64,000 nt of DNA, from assembly GCA_963769025.1 (NCBI GenBank), contig CAVYKI010000003.1:384001-448000 (forward strand). Direction: 5' to 3'. Under the pieces are notes generated by a model. That model was not told the DNA's origin. It did no database searches and was given only the letters and a program-made list of their open reading frames with translations. Positions 10,532-20,873 of this stretch are shown here, piece after piece; positions within the stretch are counted from its first letter, which is position 1; each line of letters begins with the position of its first letter. Position numbers and translations under genes: made by a program. This DNA is from an uncultured Verrucomicrobiae bacterium (GTDB taxonomy: Bacteria > Verrucomicrobiota > Verrucomicrobiia > Chthoniobacterales > Chthoniobacteraceae).

Positions 10532-11425
10532 GTGCCCGCCCTCGCATACAGCATCGTCATCGCCACGTTTGAGCGTCCGGCGGAGATGCGTGTCACGCTC
10601 GAGTCCATCGCCGCGCAGACGCGCCCGCCGGAGCGTGTCATCGTCGTGGATTCCTCGAAGGACGACGCGACACGCGCGGTCGCCGACAGCTTCGCCACGC
10701 GCCTCCCGCTGCATTACGAACGCGCGATCCGGCCCAGCTCCGCGGTGCAGCGCAACCAGGGCGCCGAGCACGTCGGGACGCCGCTCATCGCGTTTCTCGA
10801 TGACGATGTCCTCGTCCATCCCGGAACCTTCGCCACGATCGTCGGCGCCTTTGAGCGGGATTCATCCGAACGCATTGGAGGCATTGCCGCCCGCATCGAC
10901 GGCATGCAGCATCGCCCGCCGCGCGGCCTGCTGTGGTGGTATTACCGGCTGCAGGCGGGCTACGCGCATCCGACCTACGGTGCGAAGCTGTTTGGCGCGG
11001 CCATCAACTGCCTGCCGACCTACGGTGAAAGCGATCCCGACCTCATTCCTTCCGACTGGCTGAACTCGACCTGCGTCTTCTACCGCACGGCGCTTTTCCG
11101 CCGCGAAAAATTTCCCGAGTTCGACGGCTACAGCTTCATGGAAGACGTCCACCTCTCCGCGCGTATCGGCCGCACGCATGAACTCTTCTTCCACCGCACC
11201 GCCAGCTTCGAGCACCGTGACGCGACGAGCAGCTTCAAACGCAACGCCCGGCAGATGGCCCGCATGCGGGTGCGGCACCAGCGCGTCATCGCGCGCGACA
11301 TCGTCGGGCTGCGCGAGCCCGGGCTGACCCTGAAGCTTTTCCTCCACCGGCTCTTCACGAGCGCGTGCCTGCTCCGCAGCCGGCATCCGGCTTGGAAACA
11401 GGAACTCATCGGCATCTGGACATGA
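10532..11425 (+). CDS. Glycosyltransferase family 2
   Basis: SIVIATFER, VIVVDSS, IAFLDDD, MEDV. Confidence 0.85.
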   Translation: MPALAYSIVIATFERPAEMRVTLESIAAQTRPPERVIVVDSSKDDATRAVADSFATRLPLHYERAIRPSSAVQRNQGAEHVGTPLIAFLDDDVLVHPGTFATIVGAFERDSSERIGGIAARIDGMQHRPPRGLLWWYYRLQAGYAHPTYGAKLFGAAINCLPTYGESDPDLIPSDWLNSTCVFYRTALFRREKFPEFDGYSFMEDVHLSARIGRTHELFFHRTASFEHRDATSSFKRNARQMARMRVRHQRVIARDIVGLREPGLTLKLFLHRLFTSACLLRSRHPAWKQELIGIWT

Positions 11426-11952
11426 TCACCCGCATTCTCAAAGGTCTCGCCTCGCGCCTGCGGATCGCATGCCTCCGCCTGCGCGGCGTGCGCATCCCCG
11501 GCCACGTCTCGCTGCGCGCCGTGGAAATCCCGCGCCACCCGCGCTCCATCGCCCTCGAGGACGGCGTCGCGCTCGACCGCGGGGTCACGCTGCTTGCCAC
11601 TTGCGACGCCGCCCGCATCGTCATCGGCGCAGGCGTGTACGTGAACCGCCAGACGATGATCGACGCGAGCGAGCGGATCGAAATCGGCGCAGGCACGATG
11701 ATCGGCCCGTTCTGCTACATCACCGACCACGATCACACCATCGGCGCCGGCCTCGCGCCCGGCGCGGGACCGCTGCTCTCCCGGCCGACGCGCATCGGCG
11801 CGAACTGCTGGATCGGCGCGCATGTCACGGTCCTGAAAGGCGTGATCATCGGCAAAGGCACCGTCGTCGGCGCGGGCAGCGTGGTGACCAAGTCGCTGCC
11901 CGAGGGAGTCGTCGCAGCAGGCAACCCCGCGCGAGTCTTGCGCAACCTATGA
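11422..11952 (+). CDS. Hexapeptide-repeat sugar O-acetyltransferase
   Basis: ITDHDH; IGANCWIGAHVTVLKGVIIGKGTVVGAGSVVTK; GNPARV; ATGA overlap with the upstream gene. Confidence 0.9.
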   Translation: MITRILKGLASRLRIACLRLRGVRIPGHVSLRAVEIPRHPRSIALEDGVALDRGVTLLATCDAARIVIGAGVYVNRQTMIDASERIEIGAGTMIGPFCYITDHDHTIGAGLAPGAGPLLSRPTRIGANCWIGAHVTVLKGVIIGKGTVVGAGSVVTKSLPEGVVAAGNPARVLRNL

Positions 11953-12866
11953 GCGAAGCGCTGCGCTGTGCCGTGATGATCGCGACGCACAACCGCCGCG
12001 ACGATCTCGCCCGCACCTGCGCCGTGCTCCGGACGCTGGAGCCCGCGCCGGATGAAGTCTTGATCTGCGCGGATGGATGCACGGACGGCACGGAGGATTT
12101 CGTGCGCGGAAATTACCCGGAATTCCAACTCATCGTGAATGCGTCGAGCCTCGGCTCGACCCGCTCGCGCGATCACCTCATGCGCTCTGCGCAAAGCGAC
12201 ATCGTGCTGAGCCTCGATGATGACAGCCATCCGCTCGAACGGGACGCCATCGCGCGCATCCGCGATTTGTTTGCGAACCATCCGCGGGTCGCGGTCGCAT
12301 CCTTTCCGCAACGCACCGACGAGTCCCCGGAGTCGCTCCACGCCACGGATTTCGGCCCGGCCCACTTTGCCGGAACGTACATGAATTGCGCGTGCGCCTT
12401 CCGCCGCCGGGTGTTCTGCGAACTCGGCGGGCACTACGGTCCGTTTTGGAACGCCTACGACGAACCGGACTTCGCGCTGCGCTGCGCCGCTGCCGGCTGG
12501 CAGGTGCGCTTCGATCCCACGGTCACCATCCGGCACTATTTTTCCGGCGTGAATCGCAACCTCCTCGGCGCGCATCTGCTCAATGCGCGCAACGAGATCT
12601 GGAGCGTGCTCATGCGCTGCCCGATGCCGCAGATGTTCGCCGTCATGGCGTTTCGCATCGCGCGGCAGTTCGGCTACGCCATGCGGCAGGGCTGGCGATG
12701 GATTTTGAATGAGCCGCGGTGGTGGTTCGCGTGCCTCGCCGGTGCGCCCGCGGCGCTGGCAAATCGCCGCCCCCTGCCGTGGGCTCCCTATTTTGCGTGG
12801 ATGAAGCTGGTCCGCCATCCGATCCACGATGCGTCTGAATGGCAGGCGAAATTCGGCGAGCCATGA
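11949..12866 (+). CDS. Glycosyltransferase family 2
   Basis: VMIATHNR, CADGCTDGT, LSLDDDS, DEPDF. Confidence 0.85.
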   Translation: MSEALRCAVMIATHNRRDDLARTCAVLRTLEPAPDEVLICADGCTDGTEDFVRGNYPEFQLIVNASSLGSTRSRDHLMRSAQSDIVLSLDDDSHPLERDAIARIRDLFANHPRVAVASFPQRTDESPESLHATDFGPAHFAGTYMNCACAFRRRVFCELGGHYGPFWNAYDEPDFALRCAAAGWQVRFDPTVTIRHYFSGVNRNLLGAHLLNARNEIWSVLMRCPMPQMFAVMAFRIARQFGYAMRQGWRWILNEPRWWFACLAGAPAALANRRPLPWAPYFAWMKLVRHPIHDASEWQAKFGEP

Positions 12867-14002
12867 GGATTTCCTTCGCCGCCACGGACCCTTGCCACAT
12901 GTGGCCGACTGCCAGAGCCGTCGCACAGGAGGGCGCGCTGGGCGTGTATTATTCCGCCTATCCGGCCCGGAAAATCGCCGATGCGGGCGACGCCCGGCTC
13001 CGCTGCTCGAGCTTGCGGACGGCCGTGGCGGAAGGGTTCGAGAGTCTCCTTCCTGAAATGCTGCAACCCGTCTTGCGACCCCTCTTTCGCTGGCGGGATC
13101 GCGGGTTTGCCCGCTGGGTCAGCACCCGGCTTGAGGCCTGCGATTTCATCCATGCGATGCCGGGCCGGGCGGTGGAGACGTTCGGCGCGGCGAAGCAGCT
13201 CGGGATCCGCACGGTGCTCAACCACGCCGCCGGACCTGCACGCGAGTGGGTGCGCATCATGCGGCCGGAATACGAGCGCGCCGGCATCCACATCGAAAGG
13301 CATTGCCCGTATGACGAGGCTTACTTTGCCCGCGAGGAAGAGGAATATGCGCTGGCGGATTTTCACTGCGTGCCATCGACCTTGGTCCGCGATGAAATGG
13401 CGGCCATCGGAATCCCCGAGGAGCGCCTCTGGCTCGTCCCGTACGGCGGCGACACCCACGCGAGCGTCTTTCATCGCGCAGAACGTGCGTCCCCACCTCC
13501 GTTTTTCCGAATTCTCTTCGCCGGGCGGACCACGCTGGCCAAAGGAATCCACACCCTGCTCGGTGCGCTGACGCTGGCCAGGCACGCACACTGGAAAATG
13601 GATTTCGTCGGCTCGCGGGCGTCGGAAACCGCAAGGGAGTTCCGCGCGTATCGCGGCGCGACCCCGCTCACTTTCAACGGCACACCGCCGGAGGAGCTGA
13701 TGGCCCGCACCATCCGGGAAAGCAGCGTGCTCGTGCTGCCCGCGCTGGAGGAGGGCTTCGGAGCCGTCGTGCCACAGGCGCTGAACTGCGGCCTCCCATG
13801 CATCGTGAGCGACCGCACGGGTGCGCGCGACCTCGTGCGCCACCGCGAAAACGGCAGCATTTTCCCCGCGGGCGACCCTGCCGCGCTCGCCGCCGAGCTC
13901 GAATGGTGGGAACTGCACCCGGGGCGGGCGCTTGAGAACTTCACTTGGACCGATGCCGCTCGCACGCTTATTGCACACAGCGAGGCTGCACTGAGCTCAT
14001 GA
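12863..14002 (+). CDS. Glycosyltransferase family 4
   Basis: ILFAGR…KG; VLPALEEGFGAVVPQALNCGLP. Confidence 0.85.
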   Translation: MRISFAATDPCHMWPTARAVAQEGALGVYYSAYPARKIADAGDARLRCSSLRTAVAEGFESLLPEMLQPVLRPLFRWRDRGFARWVSTRLEACDFIHAMPGRAVETFGAAKQLGIRTVLNHAAGPAREWVRIMRPEYERAGIHIERHCPYDEAYFAREEEEYALADFHCVPSTLVRDEMAAIGIPEERLWLVPYGGDTHASVFHRAERASPPPFFRILFAGRTTLAKGIHTLLGALTLARHAHWKMDFVGSRASETAREFRAYRGATPLTFNGTPPEELMARTIRESSVLVLPALEEGFGAVVPQALNCGLPCIVSDRTGARDLVRHRENGSIFPAGDPAALAAELEWWELHPGRALENFTWTDAARTLIAHSEAALSS

Positions 14003-15558
14003 AAAATTTCTTCCACCACGCCCGCAAGGCGGCTCCGGCTTCCCCGCCGCCGGCGCGCGTTTCCGCCGCGGGCGCGCCGGCAGCGACGCCGGAATCGCAG
14101 CGCCCGTGGCCCCGGGTGGATGCGACGCTGGCCGCGCTCGTCGGCCTGATCGTCACGGCATTCGCGATGACCAGCGGGGCTGACCGCTATGGTTCCCAGA
14201 TCGCGCACACTGCGGCTGTCGGAGTGCTTGCGACGCTGCTCGTCAGCTTCGCATTCGAGGCGCGCGGAGGGCTGAAAAATCTCATCCGTCCGGACCTCGT
14301 CGCCATCATCGCGCTGTTCTACCTGACCCTCTACGAATTCCTCTTCCCGCAGCCATATTTCGACACGCAGATCAGCGACGTGCCTGCGGTGTTCCTCGCG
14401 CTTTGGGCGGTGATCATCGGCTTCATCGGACTTTTCATCGGCCGCCATCTCGTGCCGCGGGGAAAGCAGCCGTTTGAACAAATCATGACCAAGCCGCTCC
14501 CCGCGGGTTGGCTCCTCGCGATCCTGTGGGTGAGCTTCTTCATGGGATTCCTCCATGTGCTGCTCGCGGTGCAATTCGACGTTCCCAAGATGCTCGACGC
14601 GATGATGGGGCCGCGTTTCTCCCAACCCTGGGGACGCGGCCTGCTCGGAGGCTGGAAGGAGTTGCTCAATGAGTTCGCGCTGCTGCTGTACCTCATCCCG
14701 CCGATTGTCGGGCTGATGCTCGGGCGCCGGGAACGCTATTCGCTGCCGACCCTCGTGTTCGCGCTGCTCGCGTTTCTCTGGCTGCTGTTTTTTTCCTTCG
14801 CCAGCGGCACGCGCCACGTCTTCGCCGCGTATCTCATCACATTCCTCATCGCGTTTACATTTTCCTCGCCAGCGGAACGCCGCACGCAGGTCATCGTCGT
14901 CGCCGCGCTCTGCGGGGGCATGCTCATGATGGCGACGAAGGCGATGCTCGACCTGAGGACCGTCGGCATGACGCGATGGCTCGAAGAAGGCGCTCCCAAA
15001 CGGACCAGCCAGTTCAATTCGTCCGTATTCGTGGACTACAACCTCGTGGTGATCAGCAAACTCACGCGCTACTTTCCAAAGCAGAACTACGGCCGCTATC
15101 TCGGTTTTGAAATTCCCTACATCGCGCTCGTCCGGCCGATCCCGCGCGCGATCTGGCCGGGAAAGCCGAAAGGCCTGTCCGTTTCCATCGAGCAGGCCCT
15201 CGAGGCGAAGAACGTCATCCTGATGACGACCTTCGTCGGCGAGGCCTACATCTCGGGCGGCCTGCTCGCCGTCGCCCTCACGGGCATCGTCCTCGGCATG
15301 CTCGCCACGTTCTGGAATCGCCTCGCGTCGCCGAGAAACTCCGAGCTCGGCATCCTCATCTACTCTTCAGGTTTTTTCGCGATGATCATCACCATGCGAA
15401 CGTGCTTTTCGCTCACAACAGCCATCCTGCCGTCCCTTGCAGGGCTTGTTTTCGGAAAATTCGTGATTCCGAAAATTCGCGAAAAATTCAAACCCCGCGC
15501 CGTGCTCCCTCCGCGGCTTCGCAACCGGCCGCCGGCTCCACCGCCGGTCGACTCGTAG
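13999..15558 (+). CDS. Multi-pass membrane protein, Wzy-like polysaccharide polymerase
   Basis: About 11-12 TM segments; SGTR; RPIPRAIWPGKP loop; TFVGEAYISGG; lies inside the GT operon. Confidence 0.7.
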   Translation: MKNFFHHARKAAPASPPPARVSAAGAPAATPESQRPWPRVDATLAALVGLIVTAFAMTSGADRYGSQIAHTAAVGVLATLLVSFAFEARGGLKNLIRPDLVAIIALFYLTLYEFLFPQPYFDTQISDVPAVFLALWAVIIGFIGLFIGRHLVPRGKQPFEQIMTKPLPAGWLLAILWVSFFMGFLHVLLAVQFDVPKMLDAMMGPRFSQPWGRGLLGGWKELLNEFALLLYLIPPIVGLMLGRRERYSLPTLVFALLAFLWLLFFSFASGTRHVFAAYLITFLIAFTFSSPAERRTQVIVVAALCGGMLMMATKAMLDLRTVGMTRWLEEGAPKRTSQFNSSVFVDYNLVVISKLTRYFPKQNYGRYLGFEIPYIALVRPIPRAIWPGKPKGLSVSIEQALEAKNVILMTTFVGEAYISGGLLAVALTGIVLGMLATFWNRLASPRNSELGILIYSSGFFAMIITMRTCFSLTTAILPSLAGLVFGKFVIPKIREKFKPRAVLPPRLRNRPPAPPPVDS

Positions 15559-15650
15559 TCCATCGCATCGGAGTGCCAGCGTATCATCTTCATGGCTCGT
15601 GCATTTCCCGGTCGGGAGAACATTCGTAATTTGAAAACGGGGTCACCGGC

Positions 15651-16709
15651 ATGATTCGCGTCGCGTTCGTCACCATCGTGCCCTCGCCGTACCAGCGCGA
15701 CCTGTTTGCCGCGCTTGCATCGCGGAGTGATGTGGCCCCGCGCGTCTTTTACATGGAACGTGCCGCGCCGGATTCCCCGTGGCCGGAGCGCCCGCTTGCG
15801 CATTACGAGCGTTATCTTCCCGGATTCTGGTTCCCGCTCGGCACCGCGCGCGTGCACGTGAACTGGCGCCTTCCATCGCCGGATGACTTTGACGTGGTCG
15901 TTTGCAACACGCTGATGTCGCTCACCGCGCAGTGGCTGATGCGGCGCAGACTGCGCGGAAGGCGGTGGATGTTCTGGGGTGAAAAGCTCGGAGCACGAAG
16001 CAGGAGGCACGACTTTCTCAGCGCGCCGCTGCATCGCGCTTCGGGGATCGCGGCCATCGGAACATGGGCCGAGCGCGACTACGCCGCGCGCTTTCCAAGG
16101 ACACGGATCTTCAACATCCCCTACCACTGCGACCTCGCGCATTTCGCCGCCGAGCCGCGGCCACCGCGTGAACCGGGCACCGTGACGTATCTTTTCTGCG
16201 GACAGATGATCGCGCGGAAGGGCGTGGATCAACTGCTCGCCGCGTTCGCCACGCTGCCGGAAAATGCCCGCCTGCTGCTCGTCGGACGCGAAGCGGAACT
16301 GCCGCAACTGCTCGCACGGCTCCCGTCTCCAGTGCGCGGACGCGTGCAATATGCGGGCTTTCAGGCGCCCGAGGCGCTGCCGCGTTTTTTCGCGCAGGCG
16401 GATGTCTTCGTGCTCCCGAGCCGGCACGATGGATGGGGAGTCGTGGTGAATCAGGCGCTCGGCGCGGGCCTGCCGATCATCGCGAGCGATTGCGTCGGTG
16501 CTGCGCATGACCTCGTCCACACGGGCGTAAACGGCTTCACCTTTCCTGCCGGGGATGCGAATGCACTCGCCGCCTCAATGCTCCGATACGCCGGGAATCC
16601 CGCACTCACACTCGCGCACGGCGAAGCATCCCGCCGCGCGCACACCGCCTGGACTCCCGCGTGCGGCGCGGAGCGCTGGGCAAAGGCATTGCACGCAGTC
16701 TGCGCATGA
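15651..16709 (+). CDS. Glycosyltransferase family 4
   Basis: FCGQMIARKG; FVLPSRHDGWGVVVNQALGAGLP. Confidence 0.85.
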   Translation: MIRVAFVTIVPSPYQRDLFAALASRSDVAPRVFYMERAAPDSPWPERPLAHYERYLPGFWFPLGTARVHVNWRLPSPDDFDVVVCNTLMSLTAQWLMRRRLRGRRWMFWGEKLGARSRRHDFLSAPLHRASGIAAIGTWAERDYAARFPRTRIFNIPYHCDLAHFAAEPRPPREPGTVTYLFCGQMIARKGVDQLLAAFATLPENARLLLVGREAELPQLLARLPSPVRGRVQYAGFQAPEALPRFFAQADVFVLPSRHDGWGVVVNQALGAGLPIIASDCVGAAHDLVHTGVNGFTFPAGDANALAASMLRYAGNPALTLAHGEASRRAHTAWTPACGAERWAKALHAVCA

Positions 16710-17854
16710 AAATCCTGCTCGCCAGCAGCAGCAGCGGCTCCCGCGGTGGCGGCGAACTTTGCCTGCTTTACCTCGCGCGCGCCCTCACCGAGCGCGGCCA
16801 CGAAGTCTCGCTGTGGATCTCAACGCACCCACGCATGGACGAACTCGCCGGGATGTTCGCGCCTATCGGAAAAGTGATCCGCACCGAATACACGAACACG
16901 TACGACTACCGCGCGCGCTCGCTGGCGCACGTGTTTTCCGGCGGAGTGTCCCGCCGCGTCTCGGAGCAATGGCGGGCGATCGCGCCCGATGTCGTCCACA
17001 TCAACAAGCAGAACCTGGAGGACGGGCTCGACCTGCTCGATGCAGCCGGGAGGAGCGGGATCCCAAGCCTCGCGACGATCCACATCACGCAAAGCGCAGG
17101 CTACCTCCGCGCACGCCACGCCTCCGCGCGCGACTGGATCGCCCGGCGATCCCTGCGCCGCTTCCCCGGAATCCTCGTTCCCACGCTCGATCAGCGGGAG
17201 CGCGAACTGCGAAACTTTGCCGGCCCCGCCGCCCGCATCCATACCGTGCTGAATGGCGTGCCGATCCCCGATCTGTCGATGCGCCCGGAAGTCCGCGAAT
17301 CCATGCGCGCGCAACTCGGCGTGACCGCGGGCGAAACGCTGTTCGTCGGCGTCGCCCGCATGGTCGGGCAGAAGCGTCCGCTGCACTGGCTGGAATGGGC
17401 GGAGACGATTCGCAAAAGCGTGCCGGGCGCGCGCTTTGTCTGGGTCGGAGACGGGGCGCTTGCCGGCGACTTCGATCGCACGGTGAAGGAGCGCGGCCTC
17501 GCGGACTTCGTCAGCCGCGTCGCGTGGACGAAAGACGTGCTGCCCTACCTTCTCGCCGGCGATGCCTTTCTGCACACGGCTGGCTTCGAGGGTTTGTCTT
17601 TTGCGCTGCTCGAAGCGCTCGCCGCCGCCCTGCCCCTCGTCGTCTCGGAAAACCTCCTCGCGGAACTCCCCTTCCTCACCAGCGAAGTGTCCGTCCCCCT
17701 GCGGCGCGGCTGCGAAGCCGTCCTCGCCGATCGGGCCGCCCTCGACGCGCTCGGCACGAACGCGCGACGGCTGGCAGAGGACCGCTTTTCCTTCGGGACG
17801 ATGGCTGAAAACTACGAGCGGATGTACCGCCTGTGCCTCGAGCACCGAGCATGA
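16706..17854 (+). CDS. Glycosyltransferase family 4
   Basis: GGGE N-terminal motif; VARMVGQK; EGLSFALLEA. Confidence 0.85.
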   Translation: MKILLASSSSGSRGGGELCLLYLARALTERGHEVSLWISTHPRMDELAGMFAPIGKVIRTEYTNTYDYRARSLAHVFSGGVSRRVSEQWRAIAPDVVHINKQNLEDGLDLLDAAGRSGIPSLATIHITQSAGYLRARHASARDWIARRSLRRFPGILVPTLDQRERELRNFAGPAARIHTVLNGVPIPDLSMRPEVRESMRAQLGVTAGETLFVGVARMVGQKRPLHWLEWAETIRKSVPGARFVWVGDGALAGDFDRTVKERGLADFVSRVAWTKDVLPYLLAGDAFLHTAGFEGLSFALLEALAAALPLVVSENLLAELPFLTSEVSVPLRRGCEAVLADRAALDALGTNARRLAEDRFSFGTMAENYERMYRLCLEHRA

Positions 17855-17891
17855 GAATCTCCCTCGTCGCGTCCCTCAATCAAACCCGCCA

Positions 17892-18377
17892 GTGAAAACT
17901 CCTGTGCCAGCGGATGCCCCAGATCCGATTTCTCCCGAAGGAAAGCGCGCCGCGGGCAAGGTGCGCACCATTTTCGCGTGCATCGTCGCCGCGAATCTCG
18001 CGCTGATCGCGATCGTGATCTGGCAGGGATATTCCGGGAAACGCGGAGACTCCCGTCCGCCGGCACGTTCAGCGCAGGAAGAACTCACGGAGCGCTCCGT
18101 CGCCGCGTTCAATGCGGGCGACACGCGGGCCTTTTCCGCACTCTTCACCGCGGCCATGCATTCCGACCCGGCGATGCATCACGCGGAATATCAGCGGGAT
18201 TTCGGCCGGATACTTGCGTGGAAGCTCACCTCACAAGCGGAGTCAGCAGGCGGCGGCGAAAATGAAGTCGTCCACGAAATCTCCTGCGAAAAGGAGCCGC
18301 ACGCGCGTCTCGTGACGAAGTTCGTGCAGGAGAAAGACACGCTGAAGTTCGCGGAGTGGAGCATCAAGCGCCGGTAG
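17892..18377 (+). CDS. Hypothetical single-pass membrane protein (possibly NTF2-like periplasmic domain)
   Basis: TM IFACIVAANLALIAIVIW followed by a soluble domain; normal codon usage. Confidence 0.55.
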   Translation: MKTPVPADAPDPISPEGKRAAGKVRTIFACIVAANLALIAIVIWQGYSGKRGDSRPPARSAQEELTERSVAAFNAGDTRAFSALFTAAMHSDPAMHHAEYQRDFGRILAWKLTSQAESAGGGENEVVHEISCEKEPHARLVTKFVQEKDTLKFAEWSIKRR

Positions 18378-18415
18378 TAATCGCCGTCATCGCCGCTCCG
18401 GCGGCGGGCAATCCA

Positions 18416-19621
18416 TCACGAGGCGCCTTTGCCCCGAATGGCCTCTTCGTACATGTGCAAATATTTCGCGACAACGACGGACGGCTCGAGGTTTTCCAGA
18501 ACCCAGCGCCGCCCGCTCAATCCCATCTGCCTGAGCTGAGATCGATTGGCGATCAACGTTTCGATCGTCTCGGCCAACTCGCGCACATCTCCGCCGCCGA
18601 CCTCCCCGTCGCGCACCTCGCTCGGGATCATGTTCACGATGCGCCCGCCTCCGCTTTCCTCGAGTTCCTTCCAAGTGTCGGTGCCCCTGGTCGTGACGAG
18701 CGGGGTGGAACTGACGAGGGACTCGAAATAGACGAAACCGAAGTTCTCCATGCTCGTCGGGAGCACGAAAAGGTCGCATGCCTCGTAGAGCGAGGGTTTC
18801 AAGCCGGCCGGCACCGTCCCAAGGAAGGTCGTGATATGATCCACATGGATCGCGTTGGCGTACTCCCGCATTTGCCGGTCGTACGTTTCGTCGCACGGGC
18901 CGGCGATCACGATGTTGAACTTCACGCCCTTGTCGATGAGGACGCGGCCCGCAGCCAGCAGCAGATCGGGACGCTTCTTGTAGTGGAGCCGGCTGAGGTA
19001 GAGGAGCGACGGAACCTCCGGCGAAGGCAGCGGGAGGCTCTTTCGCGCCGGTTCAGGCGTCGAAAGTGTGCGGTAGGGATCGAGGTCGAACACCAGAGGG
19101 ATCACGGCGCCGGGCACCTTGGCGTGCCGCTTCCGGGACTGATCGAGTTCTGCCTGCGCCGTGAGGACGACGAAGGACGCTCCATCAATCACCCTGCGAC
19201 CGAACAGAGCCATGTAAACAGACTTGCGGAAGCGCTTCTGAAGCACCGACCAGTCAGCCAGCATTCCGTGCGGGCTGAGGACATACGCCTTGCCCAGTTC
19301 CCGGGCGACACGGGCAATCGGTTCCGTGGAGGGATCCCAGATCACGTGCAGGTGGATGACATCGCAGTTCTGCACCAGCGGACGGACGCGCGCGGCGAAG
19401 CTGGAATCCAGCATGGCGAGCCGCTTCGGGGGAGCAATGACGCTCACTTTCGGCAACCCGGACTCCTGCGAAAGCCACGACGGGGGCACGTCGGTGGCAT
19501 CGCACGTGAGGAGGGTGACGTCAGCACCCGCGCGCGCCTGATATTTCACCATGTCCAAAACAGCCCGGACCGTCCCACCGTCTTCGAGTCGGATTGCCTT
19601 GAGATAGTGGAGGATTCGCAT
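18416..19621 (-). CDS. Glycosyltransferase family 4
   Basis: MRILHY…DGG; LSPHGML; LYLSRLHYKK; FVLPTSMENFG. Confidence 0.85.
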   Translation of the reverse strand: MRILHYLKAIRLEDGGTVRAVLDMVKYQARAGADVTLLTCDATDVPPSWLSQESGLPKVSVIAPPKRLAMLDSSFAARVRPLVQNCDVIHLHVIWDPSTEPIARVARELGKAYVLSPHGMLADWSVLQKRFRKSVYMALFGRRVIDGASFVVLTAQAELDQSRKRHAKVPGAVIPLVFDLDPYRTLSTPEPARKSLPLPSPEVPSLLYLSRLHYKKRPDLLLAAGRVLIDKGVKFNIVIAGPCDETYDRQMREYANAIHVDHITTFLGTVPAGLKPSLYEACDLFVLPTSMENFGFVYFESLVSSTPLVTTRGTDTWKELEESGGGRIVNMIPSEVRDGEVGGGDVRELAETIETLIANRSQLRQMGLSGRRWVLENLEPSVVVAKYLHMYEEAIRGKGAS

Positions 19622-19863
19622 GACCAGTTCCTTCAGACAGATTTTCGCCGCGGAAACCGAGAGAAAACCTGTGGGAAAAGACGCACGACATCACTGCCGC
19701 CACGTGGAAATGATGCGTTGATATCGTGTGAACCATTTGGTTCAAGCTCCGGCCCTTTGCGGCCACACTCACCTACACTCGCGAGCGAAGATCAGCCATG
19801 CACCGGGCGGCGCGTGCGCGACATCGGCCGGGGTTTTAAGTTCCGATCCATCCAACAGCGAAA

Positions 19864-20856
19864 ATGAAATGCCGCGGCTTACGTTACCACGCAGTTCGCC
19901 TGTCGCTGACGTTCACGCTCTGGCGCTATCTCTCGGTTCTTAAGCACCGGCTATTTTCCAGGCTGCCACCCGTCGCCAGGCTCCTGGACCGCGGGCTCGC
20001 ATGGATCGAGCGCGAAGGCTTCGCGATGGCCCGAACTTTCAAGCCGATCGCCTGCGGCCCTGATGGCCATGCCGTCGAGATCCACTCGCTCCTTTGCCAC
20101 GCTCACGTGGACATGTACCTGTGGTCCGTTTTTACGTTTCAGCATTTCGTGGGAGTCGCGCTTCCCGTCGTGGTGCATGACGATGGCACCCTCACCGAGT
20201 CAGACTTGCGATTGCTGGAGAGCCGAGTTCACGGCATTCGCATCATCTCCCGGACCGAGGCGGATGCCCAGGCCTCGGAACTCCTGAAGGACAAGCCCCG
20301 CTGCCTCGAATACCGGAGCCAAACGCCCTTCGGCCCAAAACTTTTCGATTACAACCTGATGCACCGGGGACGGGCGACGATCCACTTGGATTCGGATGTC
20401 ATCTTCCTATCCGACGCCTCGAGGCTGCGTGAGATCATTCACGCCGTGCCCCACCGGTTCCATTACAACTCCGAAAAGCGGAATCCCTCCTACAATGATG
20501 AGGCGCTCGGACTCTCTCCCCGCTTCGGGCCATGCGCCGGGGACATCAACGCCGGCCTCATGTACCACCCGCGTGCATTCGCGACGCTCGACGAGCTGGA
20601 AACATGCGTCGGCTGGATTCTGGACAATTATCGGGGGCCGCTACGCAAAGACGATCAACTGGTTTATTCGGTGATGGCAGGGCGCATCGGCAGCGATGCC
20701 CTGCCGGGTCCGTATCGAGTCTCTCTCACCGAGGATGTGGGCGCGCCCCTTGTCAGCCAGCACTATCATTCGGTTTCCAAGTCTCACATGGCCTATCACG
20801 GCATTCGCGAGATTCTGCGACACCGGCCGGAGTTCACGGAAGCGTTCATCCCGTAG
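19864..20856 (+). CDS. Putative nucleotide-diphospho-sugar transferase (GT-A fold)
   Basis: VHDDGTL, KLFD, HLDSDVIF (DxD), INAGL, DQ. Confidence 0.65.
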   Translation: MKCRGLRYHAVRLSLTFTLWRYLSVLKHRLFSRLPPVARLLDRGLAWIEREGFAMARTFKPIACGPDGHAVEIHSLLCHAHVDMYLWSVFTFQHFVGVALPVVVHDDGTLTESDLRLLESRVHGIRIISRTEADAQASELLKDKPRCLEYRSQTPFGPKLFDYNLMHRGRATIHLDSDVIFLSDASRLREIIHAVPHRFHYNSEKRNPSYNDEALGLSPRFGPCAGDINAGLMYHPRAFATLDELETCVGWILDNYRGPLRKDDQLVYSVMAGRIGSDALPGPYRVSLTEDVGAPLVSQHYHSVSKSHMAYHGIREILRHRPEFTEAFIP

Positions 20857-20873
20857 AGGGTACGCGGCATTCC

